Positions 47,711 to 57,353 of a DNA stretch of 64,000 bases are shown here, piece by piece. A program made the position numbers and the translations under genes. Numbering within the stretch: the stretch's first letter is position 1; each line of letters starts with the position of its first letter. Where the stretch lies: positions 382,542-446,541 of IMG/VR virus record IMGVR_UViG_3300036715_004471. One strand, 5' to 3'. The notes under the pieces are model-generated. The model had not been told where the DNA came from and searched no databases. It saw only the letters and a list, made by a program, of their open reading frames with translations.

Positions 47711-48537
47711 TCTAAACAATTCTTTTGGAAAATGTTTAAGAAAGGTTTCTCTTCATTGTTTTCATAAATAGCAAAACATACTTCATCAAAATCTGGAACT
47801 TTATCCAAGGCTGCCATAAATGCTTTAGATACCATTTCTGGATCATTTCCAAAAGCACCACAACCCCAAGCTCCCAACACTATGTTTCGATGACCATGAG
47901 CGCTTGCTATTCTCAAAATCTTAATCGACCTGCGCAATAGGATTTCTTTTAAATCCTTCGGATCAACTTCATCCAAGGCTCTAACATTTGGAGCCGGAGC
48001 TGTAATTACTGAGACAAGAAATGGTTGTTCTAGTAGTAATAAATGTTCATCTCTAATGAACGGCACCTTAGGAGAATAAATCATATTATCTGTATACAAC
48101 GAATTATCTGCTAGAATATTTTCATTATAGAAAATTGGTTTAGTTTTGATACAGGTATACAAACCAGAACATCTACACAAGTCTTCTTCTTGAGCCATTG
48201 CGCCAGCTAAGAATCCGCCGCCAGGATTTCTGGCAGAAGCAAAATTCAAAACCACTATGTCTTTACCAGCTTCACAATAACGTCTGGCTGCTTGACCAGA
48301 CGTTTCTGGAGTAACTTCTACTTTTGCTTCAGTCTTTTTAACTTGAGTATGCGGCTCATCTTTATAGAGAATAGTTCCTTTTACAGCTTTGTCAAGGTCG
48401 TCAGAAAAATCTACAATAACACTAGATCTTGTAAGATAATTTCCTTCTTTTACAATAGCAAGAGTTTCTTTACCAATAGCTACATTATTGGTTCGCGCAT
48501 TCATTAATGCAACGCCATTCTTTTTAATCATATTCAT
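47707..48537 (-). CDS. bacterial-type PARG / TIGR02452 family macrodomain protein
   Basis: LNFASARNPGGGF..GAMAQEEDLCR, LGAWGCGAFGNDP. Confidence 0.9.
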   Translation of the reverse strand: MNMIKKNGVALMNARTNNVAIGKETLAIVKEGNYLTRSSVIVDFSDDLDKAVKGTILYKDEPHTQVKKTEAKVEVTPETSGQAARRYCEAGKDIVVLNFASARNPGGGFLAGAMAQEEDLCRCSGLYTCIKTKPIFYNENILADNSLYTDNMIYSPKVPFIRDEHLLLLEQPFLVSVITAPAPNVRALDEVDPKDLKEILLRRSIKILRIASAHGHRNIVLGAWGCGAFGNDPEMVSKAFMAALDKVPDFDEVCFAIYENNEEKPFLNIFQKNCLE

Positions 48538-49153
48538 TCTCGATAATCGTTATAAATTTCTAATATACCCAATTGGTTAATAATTAAATCATGCCCCAGA
48601 ATTTCTGGCATATGAAATAAATCTTCCAATGAATCAATTTCTAATTCGTAAATCGGTGGCTTAGGTTCATTGCCATCATATTCCATTTCTGATGGTACAG
48701 CTAATATTCCCAATTTTTCTAGAATCTCTTTTGCGTCGCCCGAAGTGCTAGATACCAATATTTTCATATTATTTTCTTTCAAAACAACGTTTTGAGCCAT
48801 GTAATAACCAAGAACAGCACTCATTACAATCAAAACAATGAAGTGGTCCTATCAAATTTCCGGAACATAATGCTTTGATTATTTTCCACCACCTACCAGA
48901 AGATTCTAATACTTTCATAAAATCAACCTCCACACCAGCCACAGCCGCCAGGAATATAGCCACATTTTCTGCAAAGTGTTCTTTTACAATGTCCACAATA
49001 ACTATATGGTTCTTGAATTAAATCTTTTTTGCACGCAATGCATTTGAGATTTTTCCACCAATCATTATTTTCTGCCTTATTGTTTTTTAATCTTTGTAGT
49101 AAACTTGCTAATATTTTCACACTGAACTCCAAATAATTTTGAACCAGAAACAC

Positions 49154-49188
49154 GATTTGCCGGCAGGGAATAACCCTGCCGGCAAATC
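49154..49188 (-). terminator. strong hairpin after rsr
   Basis: GATTTGCCGGCAGGG/CCCTGCCGGCAAATC. Confidence 0.7.
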
Positions 49189-49193
49189 ATATA

Positions 49194-50756
49194 TCAGATT
49201 TGAACAGACTCAATGGTTGAGACCCATAGGTCTTTGTTGTTACCAAGTTCAAGGAACTTTGCAATTACATCAAAAACTTGATCACTAAAACCACCTACGT
49301 TAAGGATATTCTCCTTATCGTAAGCTTGAGTAGAGGTATTCGGAGTAAGATCAATACAAACAAGCTTTGCTTTCTTGTTACGAGCTTTGAACTCAGTCCA
49401 AGCTTTCATCGTAGCGGTACCACGACTTCTGCCTGAATCAACCCAAGACTCGTTATCGCTTACATAAATGACTAGATCGCCCATGGCTTTTCTACGATTC
49501 AACTCTTCCATTGGAAGCGAACAGTTAGTGCCACCTCCGCCAAATCCTGCTAGGATCTTGGCGTTAGTCATAATTGAATCCATTGGATTCAGCTTATGAG
49601 CATGAACTCTAGTATCGAATGGTAATACTTCTACATCAGAATTTCTGCGCATAATAGCTGCGGCAACCAGGGCTGCCACATCAATACAACGCATCTTGCT
49701 GGATACATTTCCACGATTTCCGGTGACCGGAGAATTCATGGATCCAGAAGTATCTACCATTACATAAACCTTTTTGTTTTCAAACTCTGGAATGTTCTCC
49801 AACGCATGCTCAGCAGCCTTTTGCAAAGCTACAGAAACCTTAGCAGGAACACTTGCATCCATATTCAAAAACGTAGTGAACAACTGGTACGGGAATACCT
49901 TTGCTCTCTTAACTTGCTCCTTATCCTCCAACTTGGCACAGATAAGCCCTAACAGATCACGATCTGCTAACACATTATGACGAGCAAATGTGTTAAGGTT
50001 CTGTCTAATCTGGTTCCAAGTTGCATTGACTGCAATCTTTTTCCAGTGTTCAGCAGTCAATGGTAAAGCCGTAAGCTTTTGGAAAGGTACATGCGGGATT
50101 TCTTTTGACATATCTTTCTTGAAGTCTTCAAACTGCTTAACTAGAGCACACAAGTCTTCCTTTGCATACTCCTTATCTAGCAAGTACCCAAATATAGCAG
50201 AACGTTGCTTATTGGTTGGCTTCGGATGAACCAACTTGATGATATCTTGCAATGACGGATCATTACCAACATCTGCCGCAAACAACTGCTCATCATTCAA
50301 AGATTCCAAATACTTTTGGATTAATCTTTTAGGGCGAGTACCTAAAGACTTACGTCCAGTAGCCCCTGAACGAATAACCTGCACGAAATTTCTCAACATC
50401 TTTGGAGAATCAACTACCTTATCAAAGATTTTGGACAAAAGCTCGGAGTCCTTTCCAGCAACTACCGCAGCCAAAACCGCAGGCATATCTTTCATTAAAC
50501 CCTCTTGACGAGAGTATACTGCCAAGCGAGCAACGTACTCAGCCGGCAACTTGTTAGCTAACTCTAACACTTTCTTAAGTTGATCTTCATCAGATACATA
50601 ATATGTTCCGTTAAAACAACCAGTCATAGCTAATTGAGCCAATGCGGCTTTGTCAGACAAACTATAAGCTTGTCCACCAGCATTGTTAACTACATTGGTC
50701 GGCTTTACAGCCTTTGAAGACACAAACTTGCTAGCAAATAATTTCTTTGATGACAT
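49194..50756 (-). CDS. rsr: Ro60/Rsr TROVE + vWA RNA-binding protein
   Basis: NNAGGQAY, LAQLAMTG..GTYY, MKDMP, HPKP, VFPYQL, DTSGSM, GGGTNC, VSDNESW, VGGFSD. Confidence 0.93.
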   Translation of the reverse strand: MSSKKLFASKFVSSKAVKPTNVVNNAGGQAYSLSDKAALAQLAMTGCFNGTYYVSDEDQLKKVLELANKLPAEYVARLAVYSRQEGLMKDMPAVLAAVVAGKDSELLSKIFDKVVDSPKMLRNFVQVIRSGATGRKSLGTRPKRLIQKYLESLNDEQLFAADVGNDPSLQDIIKLVHPKPTNKQRSAIFGYLLDKEYAKEDLCALVKQFEDFKKDMSKEIPHVPFQKLTALPLTAEHWKKIAVNATWNQIRQNLNTFARHNVLADRDLLGLICAKLEDKEQVKRAKVFPYQLFTTFLNMDASVPAKVSVALQKAAEHALENIPEFENKKVYVMVDTSGSMNSPVTGNRGNVSSKMRCIDVAALVAAAIMRRNSDVEVLPFDTRVHAHKLNPMDSIMTNAKILAGFGGGGTNCSLPMEELNRRKAMGDLVIYVSDNESWVDSGRSRGTATMKAWTEFKARNKKAKLVCIDLTPNTSTQAYDKENILNVGGFSDQVFDVIAKFLELGNNKDLWVSTIESVQI

Positions 50757-51143
50757 ATGAATAACTCCTTTTGAACAAAAGTTTCAGGAAATAATAACCA
50801 GGATGGTTGAAGATTACAATTCACCAACATCAAGTTTACTATTTATTCTGGAGAATTTTTAATGAAAATAGCTTTCCCCTCGCTATCTCGAATCTACTAT
50901 ATAACCGTCTTAATTTATCTTTTCAATTTTCTAAATAAAAATATTTTCAATCTCGTAAAACTTTAGAATGTGATCCACATGGACATTCTAATACAATTTT
51001 ATCTTCCTGTACCTTTTCTATATCGATGTGCTCGTCGAACTCAACGCTTACTATCATCTGACAATCTTCGCAACGAAACAAAAATTTTCTTAATTCCTTC
51101 ATATCAATATATGTTTTATATGCATTATGTGATATGATTTATC

Positions 51144-51725
51144 ATGACAATCACGCAACAATGTACTAGATGTGGTGTTACAAAATCATCTTTAGAATTT
51201 CTAAAGAATCCATTACATAATGACATTCTATACAAAAATTGTATTTCTTGCACGGAAAAACAAAAGACATATAGAAAAAAACATAAGAACGAATCAAAAA
51301 TAGCAAGACAAACCTATTACAAAAAGAACAAAGAAAAAATAATCAAGATTAGACAAAAACGTTTTGATACGTTAAACGGTAGATTAAAAAACATTTTGTC
51401 AAACATAAAAAACAGATCTAAATTTCATGAATATGATTTGGATATTGATTTTCTTATTTCATTATTCAAATCACAAAATGGTAAATGCGCTTTAACCAAC
51501 ATAGAAATGTCTCTAACAAATAAATCTAATCATAGATCAGATCCATTTGTGGTTTCTGTTGATCGAATTAATCCATCAATAGGATATTTGAAATCTAATG
51601 TTCGACTTGTTTGTACAGTTGTGAACTATGCTCTCAATGAATTTGGAGAAGATGTTTTTCAAACTATTTGTATAGCTTATATCCAACAACTTCAAAAAAA
51701 GAAAATTTCACAGGAAACATTTTAA
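51144..51725 (+). CDS. HNH-like endonuclease
   Basis: QNGKCALT, SVDRINP..GY..SNVRLVC..VN. Confidence 0.8.
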   Translation: MTITQQCTRCGVTKSSLEFLKNPLHNDILYKNCISCTEKQKTYRKKHKNESKIARQTYYKKNKEKIIKIRQKRFDTLNGRLKNILSNIKNRSKFHEYDLDIDFLISLFKSQNGKCALTNIEMSLTNKSNHRSDPFVVSVDRINPSIGYLKSNVRLVCTVVNYALNEFGEDVFQTICIAYIQQLQKKKISQETF

Positions 51726-51998
51726 TTTCGATATTCGTCCATAGAAATTTTCTACTTCATTTTTAATGTCCGAACCAATTTTTGAATGTTTTTTCGTCCA
51801 TTGTGGTATTTGATCTTTAAATACCAAATCAAAAACTTTTTCTTTGTATGAAGAATTGATTATTTGACCACTAGGTATAGTAATCCATGCTTTATGGATT
51901 CCGAAAAATTCTACCCAAAAATCTTTTCCAGAACTCTCATCTTTCAAATAAAATGACAGTCTGTTTTCAAAATTAGAAGAAAGTTGACTAATCTTCAT
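51708..51998 (-). CDS. small protein ending ..KLKCFL
   Basis: ORF. Confidence 0.55.
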   Translation of the reverse strand: MKISQLSSNFENRLSFYLKDESSGKDFWVEFFGIHKAWITIPSGQIINSSYKEKVFDLVFKDQIPQWTKKHSKIGSDIKNEVENFYGRISKLKCFL

Positions 51999-52408
51999 TA
52001 TTCTTTAACTTTCCACCACATTTTAGAAGAATTTCTTAATTCTTGCAAACAATCTTTACTATCACATAATGTAAATAAATAATATCCACATTTTGTACAA
52101 TAATGATCATGTTGATTCAACGAATACATTGGCTCAACATGCCAGCCAAGTGTACAAATGTGACAAAAAATTTGTTTTAAATTCATAATAAATCTAACCA
52201 ATCCGTGGTAATTCTAATACCTTTGAATTTTTCCTTAAGAACCCATTTTCTATTAATGTAGTAATGAGTCTTATCATACAATCTTTGTTCTTTTAATTCT
52301 TTATCCGCAATTCTTTGGAAATAATACAAATATAGAAATAAAAAAATAAGCGAAAGAACAGAATCAATTGCACTCATATTGTGATGTATAAAATATGATA
52401 TAATATTT

Positions 52409-53296
52409 TCAATTAGAAATTTTTAAGCAATGCGGAGAAAAATATATGACTTCTTTGTTTGCATTTTCTTTTCCTCTGCCGCTTCCTAATGCTGACATGC
52501 CGCCTCCCGTTTTCCAAGCATAAGTTTGCCAAGTGTCAGGAATCCCATGATCACCATCGTAACCGCACAATACAATTCTCATGCGCGGATGTGATCCATT
52601 CTCGATAGCCCACTTACAAACTTGTTTAAAAATATCTTTATCTTCTTTATACACTTTATCTCTAACACTAGCTTCATACGGAGGATCTAAAAAAACACCC
52701 GTAATATCTTTATCACCTAATCCTTTACTAGCATAAGTAATACTTGGCGTTACTACTCTAGACCAATCACCACAAGCTACTCTAACGCGCCTGAGTCTGG
52801 TTTGCAATTTCCGAAAATCTTCTTTAATATTGTAAGTTAAACCATGAACCCCGCCGCCAGCAGAAGAAAGCATGGGCAAAGCTTTAAGTCCTTTTTGTTG
52901 AAGCCAATTGTTTCCTACACTAGCACATTGCCCCCAAACCCAATATCCAGCCATTCGAGCATCAAAAAAATCTGGATCCGAATCCATATTCTTTCTAAAA
53001 TCATCTGTTAATCTTTCAATTAACCATTTATGCTTGGCATGTAAATCAGTTTCATTAACTGGATAATCTGTCCATTTAGCTACTTCATCAGGAGAATTAG
53101 AAATTGCTCTCCAAAAATTGGATAACCCACAATCTAAATCATTTATTGTTTCTATTTTAGGAATTTTTGGATTTGATAAAAGTACTGCCAAAGAACCAGC
53201 GAAAGGTTCAACATAATTGGAAACTTCCCCCAAACCCGACCAAACTACCTTGGCGACCTTACTTTTACCACCAAACCAACTGAACGGAGATTTCAT
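52409..53296 (-). CDS. Dam-like (D12 class) DNA adenine methyltransferase
   Basis: WFGGKS, EPFAGS, IND, LDPPY. Confidence 0.9.
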   Translation of the reverse strand: MKSPFSWFGGKSKVAKVVWSGLGEVSNYVEPFAGSLAVLLSNPKIPKIETINDLDCGLSNFWRAISNSPDEVAKWTDYPVNETDLHAKHKWLIERLTDDFRKNMDSDPDFFDARMAGYWVWGQCASVGNNWLQQKGLKALPMLSSAGGGVHGLTYNIKEDFRKLQTRLRRVRVACGDWSRVVTPSITYASKGLGDKDITGVFLDPPYEASVRDKVYKEDKDIFKQVCKWAIENGSHPRMRIVLCGYDGDHGIPDTWQTYAWKTGGGMSALGSGRGKENANKEVIYFSPHCLKISN

Positions 53297-53323
53297 TGAT
53301 ATATACCTTTCTGTGAGGTATAT

Positions 53324-54013
53324 ATGTTATTATGTAAAAAATGCAATCAAGAAAAAATAGAAACAGATTTTTCTGAGAAAAGAAAAGATTGGTGCAAATT
53401 GTGTGTCAAAGACTATAATGCTATCTATAGACAAAATAACAAAGAAAAATATAAACAATACAAACAAACAGAAGAATACAAACAAAAAGCAAAAGAATAT
53501 AAACAAAAAACCAAACAACACATCCAAGATTGGGGTAAAGAATATTTTGTAAAAAATAAAGACAGGATCATGGAATATCGACAAGAAAATAAAGAGAAAA
53601 TATTAGAAACCAATAGAAAAAGAGAGATGAAGAGATTATCTACTGAACCAAACTATAAATTACGAAAAGTTATTTCAGCATATTTACATGCTACATTCAA
53701 AAAGAAAAATGGAGAATCAATGTTAAAACATCTTCCATATACATTAGAAGAATTAAAAAAACACCTTGAAAATCAATTTGAGTCATGGATGAATTGGAGT
53801 AATCATGGCAGGTATAGTCCAAAAACTTGGAATGACGATGATTCGTCAACTTGGACTTGGCAAATAGATCATATAGTTCCTCACTCAATATTTAAGTATG
53901 AATCCATACAGGAAGAAAATTTCAAAAAGTGTTGGGCACTGGAAAACCTAAGACCACTGTCTGCCAAACAAAATATATTGGATGGCATCTATAAAATCAG
54001 ACACAATCAATAA
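53324..54013 (+). CDS. HNH-like endonuclease
   Basis: LKKHLE.QF..WMNW.NHG..WQIDHIVP..NLRPL. Confidence 0.8.
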   Translation: MLLCKKCNQEKIETDFSEKRKDWCKLCVKDYNAIYRQNNKEKYKQYKQTEEYKQKAKEYKQKTKQHIQDWGKEYFVKNKDRIMEYRQENKEKILETNRKREMKRLSTEPNYKLRKVISAYLHATFKKKNGESMLKHLPYTLEELKKHLENQFESWMNWSNHGRYSPKTWNDDDSSTWTWQIDHIVPHSIFKYESIQEENFKKCWALENLRPLSAKQNILDGIYKIRHNQ

Positions 54014-54058
54014 TTTTACATAAGATTGAACACTTAACCAGGTTATATAATAAAAGCT

Positions 54059-56209
54059 ATGTCAAAACTATCAAACTTACTTGAAAACGTAGATCACTTC
54101 TATAATACAGCTGTGAACGAGTATCGACTTTCTAAATTAGCTGCCGAACCGCCTCAAACTTGGAGCATGCCCGATGATCCTGATGAAGATGGAGACGGTC
54201 CACCAACAAACAAAGCTGGTGGTCAAAATGATTTGTTTAATCAAGTACAAGAGGCTGCCCGTGCAGTCAGAGATCCAGATGCAATTTCTGAAGCTCTATT
54301 AGTTGCAAATTTATATCGTAAAGCTGTTCAGCTAAACGATGGTTTCAATTTCGTTGTTCAAAAAATCAAAGCAGCTTTGAATGCAATAGAAGTTGAAGAC
54401 CCAGATGACGAAGAAGATCCGACAAATTTATTGGTTGAAAGCTTGATGGCAATGAGCGTTGATGCCACTAAAAGAGCTAAACAAGCTGGTGGTGGTATGA
54501 ATAAAGGAGATTCTGATGCGGGTGCCAAAGCACTAAAGAATCTTCAACAAACAATGAATACCGATGAAAGAGATAGAGATTTATCTCGAGCTGGCAGAAG
54601 TACAAGTGATTTATCAGATTACGAAGAAAATGCCAAAGACGTATTCGATATGACTGGTGGAGTAGGTATGGAAGCCGCTCAGCAGGGCTCTGGTAGAGGA
54701 TATTTCGTAAGAAACCGTAAGGATCCAAAAGATTGGATCAAAACTTACGAAAATGAAAAACAAATATTGATGGAAGAACTTCCTCATGATACCGATCGAA
54801 ACATCGTTAAAAAGAAACAACAACTTATTGAACTTCTTGAAAGATTGAAAAGAGCAACTGCTGTTGAGGCTGCAACCTCCGAAAAAATTCAAACTACTAC
54901 TGGTTGGACTGAAAAAGATGATGGAGAAGGTGGAAAAACTCAAGTAGCAGTAAGACCAGAAGATCAGGCAGAAATTACTCGTGCTAGAGCAGAACTTAGA
55001 GAATTAAAAGATCAAAGGTCTTCTTTGAAGACATCTTTACGTAAGGATGTTTTGGGTCGTCAACAAGATAAACTTTTTGATGAATTAAAAGGCGCCAAAG
55101 ATACTAAAGGAAAGATAGTTGCTACTCAAAAATTATTGTTGCTTAAAAACTTAATTAGTCAAGACAAGAATAAGGGCGCAGAAACTAAAGCTAGAAAGCA
55201 ATTGATTGCTTATTTAGAAAATGGTGGCACAACTGAATCTGAAGTTGGTAAAGTAACTTATCAAAAATTGTTAGCAAATATTAAAGCCGCTGAAGAAAAA
55301 AAGATTACAATTGAAGACTATCATGTAGAACAAGCCGAGATAATTCGTGATGTTAAAAGTAGTGGTGATTTTAGCGCTGCATTTTATACGCTAAATCAGC
55401 ACGTATTTATGAATTTACGATCTGCTGATGTTAAACAATTTTTTGATAAATGGAGAGAGGAAATGATTAAACAAGCTTCAGATCAGGAGCTTACTGTTTT
55501 TGGTAAATACTTGCAACCATTAATCGAAATAAAAAAACAAAATCCAAGACTAACTGTTACACAAATGAAAAGTTTGCCACAAATGAGAGCATTATGGCAA
55601 GCAATGAAAGATCTCTTATATTTATTTGAGAGTAAGGCAAAAATAGTCGCCGAAAGAAAAGACCATACTAATAAACAAATGAAAGATATAGAAGAGTGGT
55701 TGCACGCCATACAAAACATGGCGACGGGAAAATTTATATTTGAACTTGTGACATTAGAAGGAGAAAATGCCAAAGTAAAAGCTCCGACTTTTAAACCAAA
55801 ATTAACAATGGAAGAAGTTGGCGTAGCCAAAACATTAATGGGTCAAATAACAGAATTTTCTAAAAGACAATATCCAAATCCATTTTCTGGTAAAGAAAGA
55901 GACAATACTAAAAAATTCTTAAATAATATGGCAGATGCAATGATTCGAGCTATTATGGGGGCGGGGAAAACAGTAGAAGATCCATTATGGACAAAACATC
56001 TTAAAAAGATAGAAGCCCCAACCTCAGCTCCAAATCCAAAAAATTTAGAACAAATTATGGATGAAATTACTGGTGAGGTTATATGGAAAGATAAATCTAC
56101 TGGCATATTATATGAAAAAGATATAAACGATAATTTTATTATCAGAAAAGATTCTTCACACAAAATAAGAATGTTTAAACTTCATCAAATTAAACTAGGT
56201 ACCAAATGA
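54059..56209 (+). CDS. large hypothetical coiled-coil protein
   Basis: 716-aa ORF. Confidence 0.8.
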   Translation: MSKLSNLLENVDHFYNTAVNEYRLSKLAAEPPQTWSMPDDPDEDGDGPPTNKAGGQNDLFNQVQEAARAVRDPDAISEALLVANLYRKAVQLNDGFNFVVQKIKAALNAIEVEDPDDEEDPTNLLVESLMAMSVDATKRAKQAGGGMNKGDSDAGAKALKNLQQTMNTDERDRDLSRAGRSTSDLSDYEENAKDVFDMTGGVGMEAAQQGSGRGYFVRNRKDPKDWIKTYENEKQILMEELPHDTDRNIVKKKQQLIELLERLKRATAVEAATSEKIQTTTGWTEKDDGEGGKTQVAVRPEDQAEITRARAELRELKDQRSSLKTSLRKDVLGRQQDKLFDELKGAKDTKGKIVATQKLLLLKNLISQDKNKGAETKARKQLIAYLENGGTTESEVGKVTYQKLLANIKAAEEKKITIEDYHVEQAEIIRDVKSSGDFSAAFYTLNQHVFMNLRSADVKQFFDKWREEMIKQASDQELTVFGKYLQPLIEIKKQNPRLTVTQMKSLPQMRALWQAMKDLLYLFESKAKIVAERKDHTNKQMKDIEEWLHAIQNMATGKFIFELVTLEGENAKVKAPTFKPKLTMEEVGVAKTLMGQITEFSKRQYPNPFSGKERDNTKKFLNNMADAMIRAIMGAGKTVEDPLWTKHLKKIEAPTSAPNPKNLEQIMDEITGEVIWKDKSTGILYEKDINDNFIIRKDSSHKIRMFKLHQIKLGTK

Positions 56210-56420
56210 ATTCAAAAAATAGAAAAAAAATGTTAAACATACTTCTAAAAGAAGGATTTCTAGATCAAACAAAATTACCCGATAACTATGATGCAATTTT
56301 TAATGATCCTACATTGGGGACAATACAAGACCCAAATGAACTTATGCATCAAATTTTTCTTAAAATGTTATCTCAGATAGATGAGGGCATGAAAACTATT
56401 ACATCAGAAATAGATAAAAA

Positions 56421-57353
56421 ATGATTACATTTTGTGATCTATTTGCCGGAATTGGCGGCTTTAGACTTGCTTTAGAATCACTTGGGGCAAAATGTGTATT
56501 TACTAGTGAAATAAACAAATATGCTCAGCAAGTTTATGCCGCCAATTTTACTGGCGAAATTCATGGTGACATTACCCAAATTAAAGAGTCTGATATTCCT
56601 GCCCACGATATTCTTTGTGGTGGATTTCCATGTCAGACTTTTTCTACTTGTGGAAATGGAAAAGGATTTAGTGATCCTCGCGGGACTTTATTCTTTGATA
56701 TCTTAAGAATCGCTGAACACCACAAACCAAAAATCATTTTCTTGGAAAATGTAAAAGGCTTGTTATCTCATAATCAAGGTGATACTTTCGAAACAATAAA
56801 AAATTGTTTAACCAAATTAAGATATACAATTAATTGGAAAGTACTAAAAGCTACCATGTTTGACGTTCCGCAATTAAGAGAACGTGTTTATATTGTAGCT
56901 GTTAGAAATGATATTGAAAAAACTTTTCAATATCCCGTAGGGAAATTAACCGATAAAAGATTGATTGATATTAAAGAATCTAATGTTGAGGCTTGTCATT
57001 TTCTAACAGAAGATAGAAATGAAAAGATTAAACAAAATAGAATTCTCAAGAGAGGCGGATTTGGATATCATTTGGTTAAAGACCAAGATTTTGTTTTCAC
57101 CTTGTTACGTGAAAAATATGAATTCAATCTTATTGTAGATAAAAGCAAACCAGTAAATCTAAAGTCCAGAAAGAATCCAATCAATTCAGAAAAGGTGCGT
57201 CGACTTACTCCTAAAGAATATGCTAGACTACAAGGCTTTCCAGAAGATTTTAAGGTTCCGGTTTCTAATAAACAAAAATATTATATGTTTGGAAACTCTG
57301 TAGCAGTTCCCGTTATCAGAGCCATTGGTCAAGAGATAATGAAGATTATTTAA
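56421..57353 (+). CDS. DNA (cytosine-5) methyltransferase
   Basis: DLFAGIGG, GFPCQ, ENV, Q.RER, RLQGFP, GNSV. Confidence 0.95.
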   Translation: MITFCDLFAGIGGFRLALESLGAKCVFTSEINKYAQQVYAANFTGEIHGDITQIKESDIPAHDILCGGFPCQTFSTCGNGKGFSDPRGTLFFDILRIAEHHKPKIIFLENVKGLLSHNQGDTFETIKNCLTKLRYTINWKVLKATMFDVPQLRERVYIVAVRNDIEKTFQYPVGKLTDKRLIDIKESNVEACHFLTEDRNEKIKQNRILKRGGFGYHLVKDQDFVFTLLREKYEFNLIVDKSKPVNLKSRKNPINSEKVRRLTPKEYARLQGFPEDFKVPVSNKQKYYMFGNSVAVPVIRAIGQEIMKII

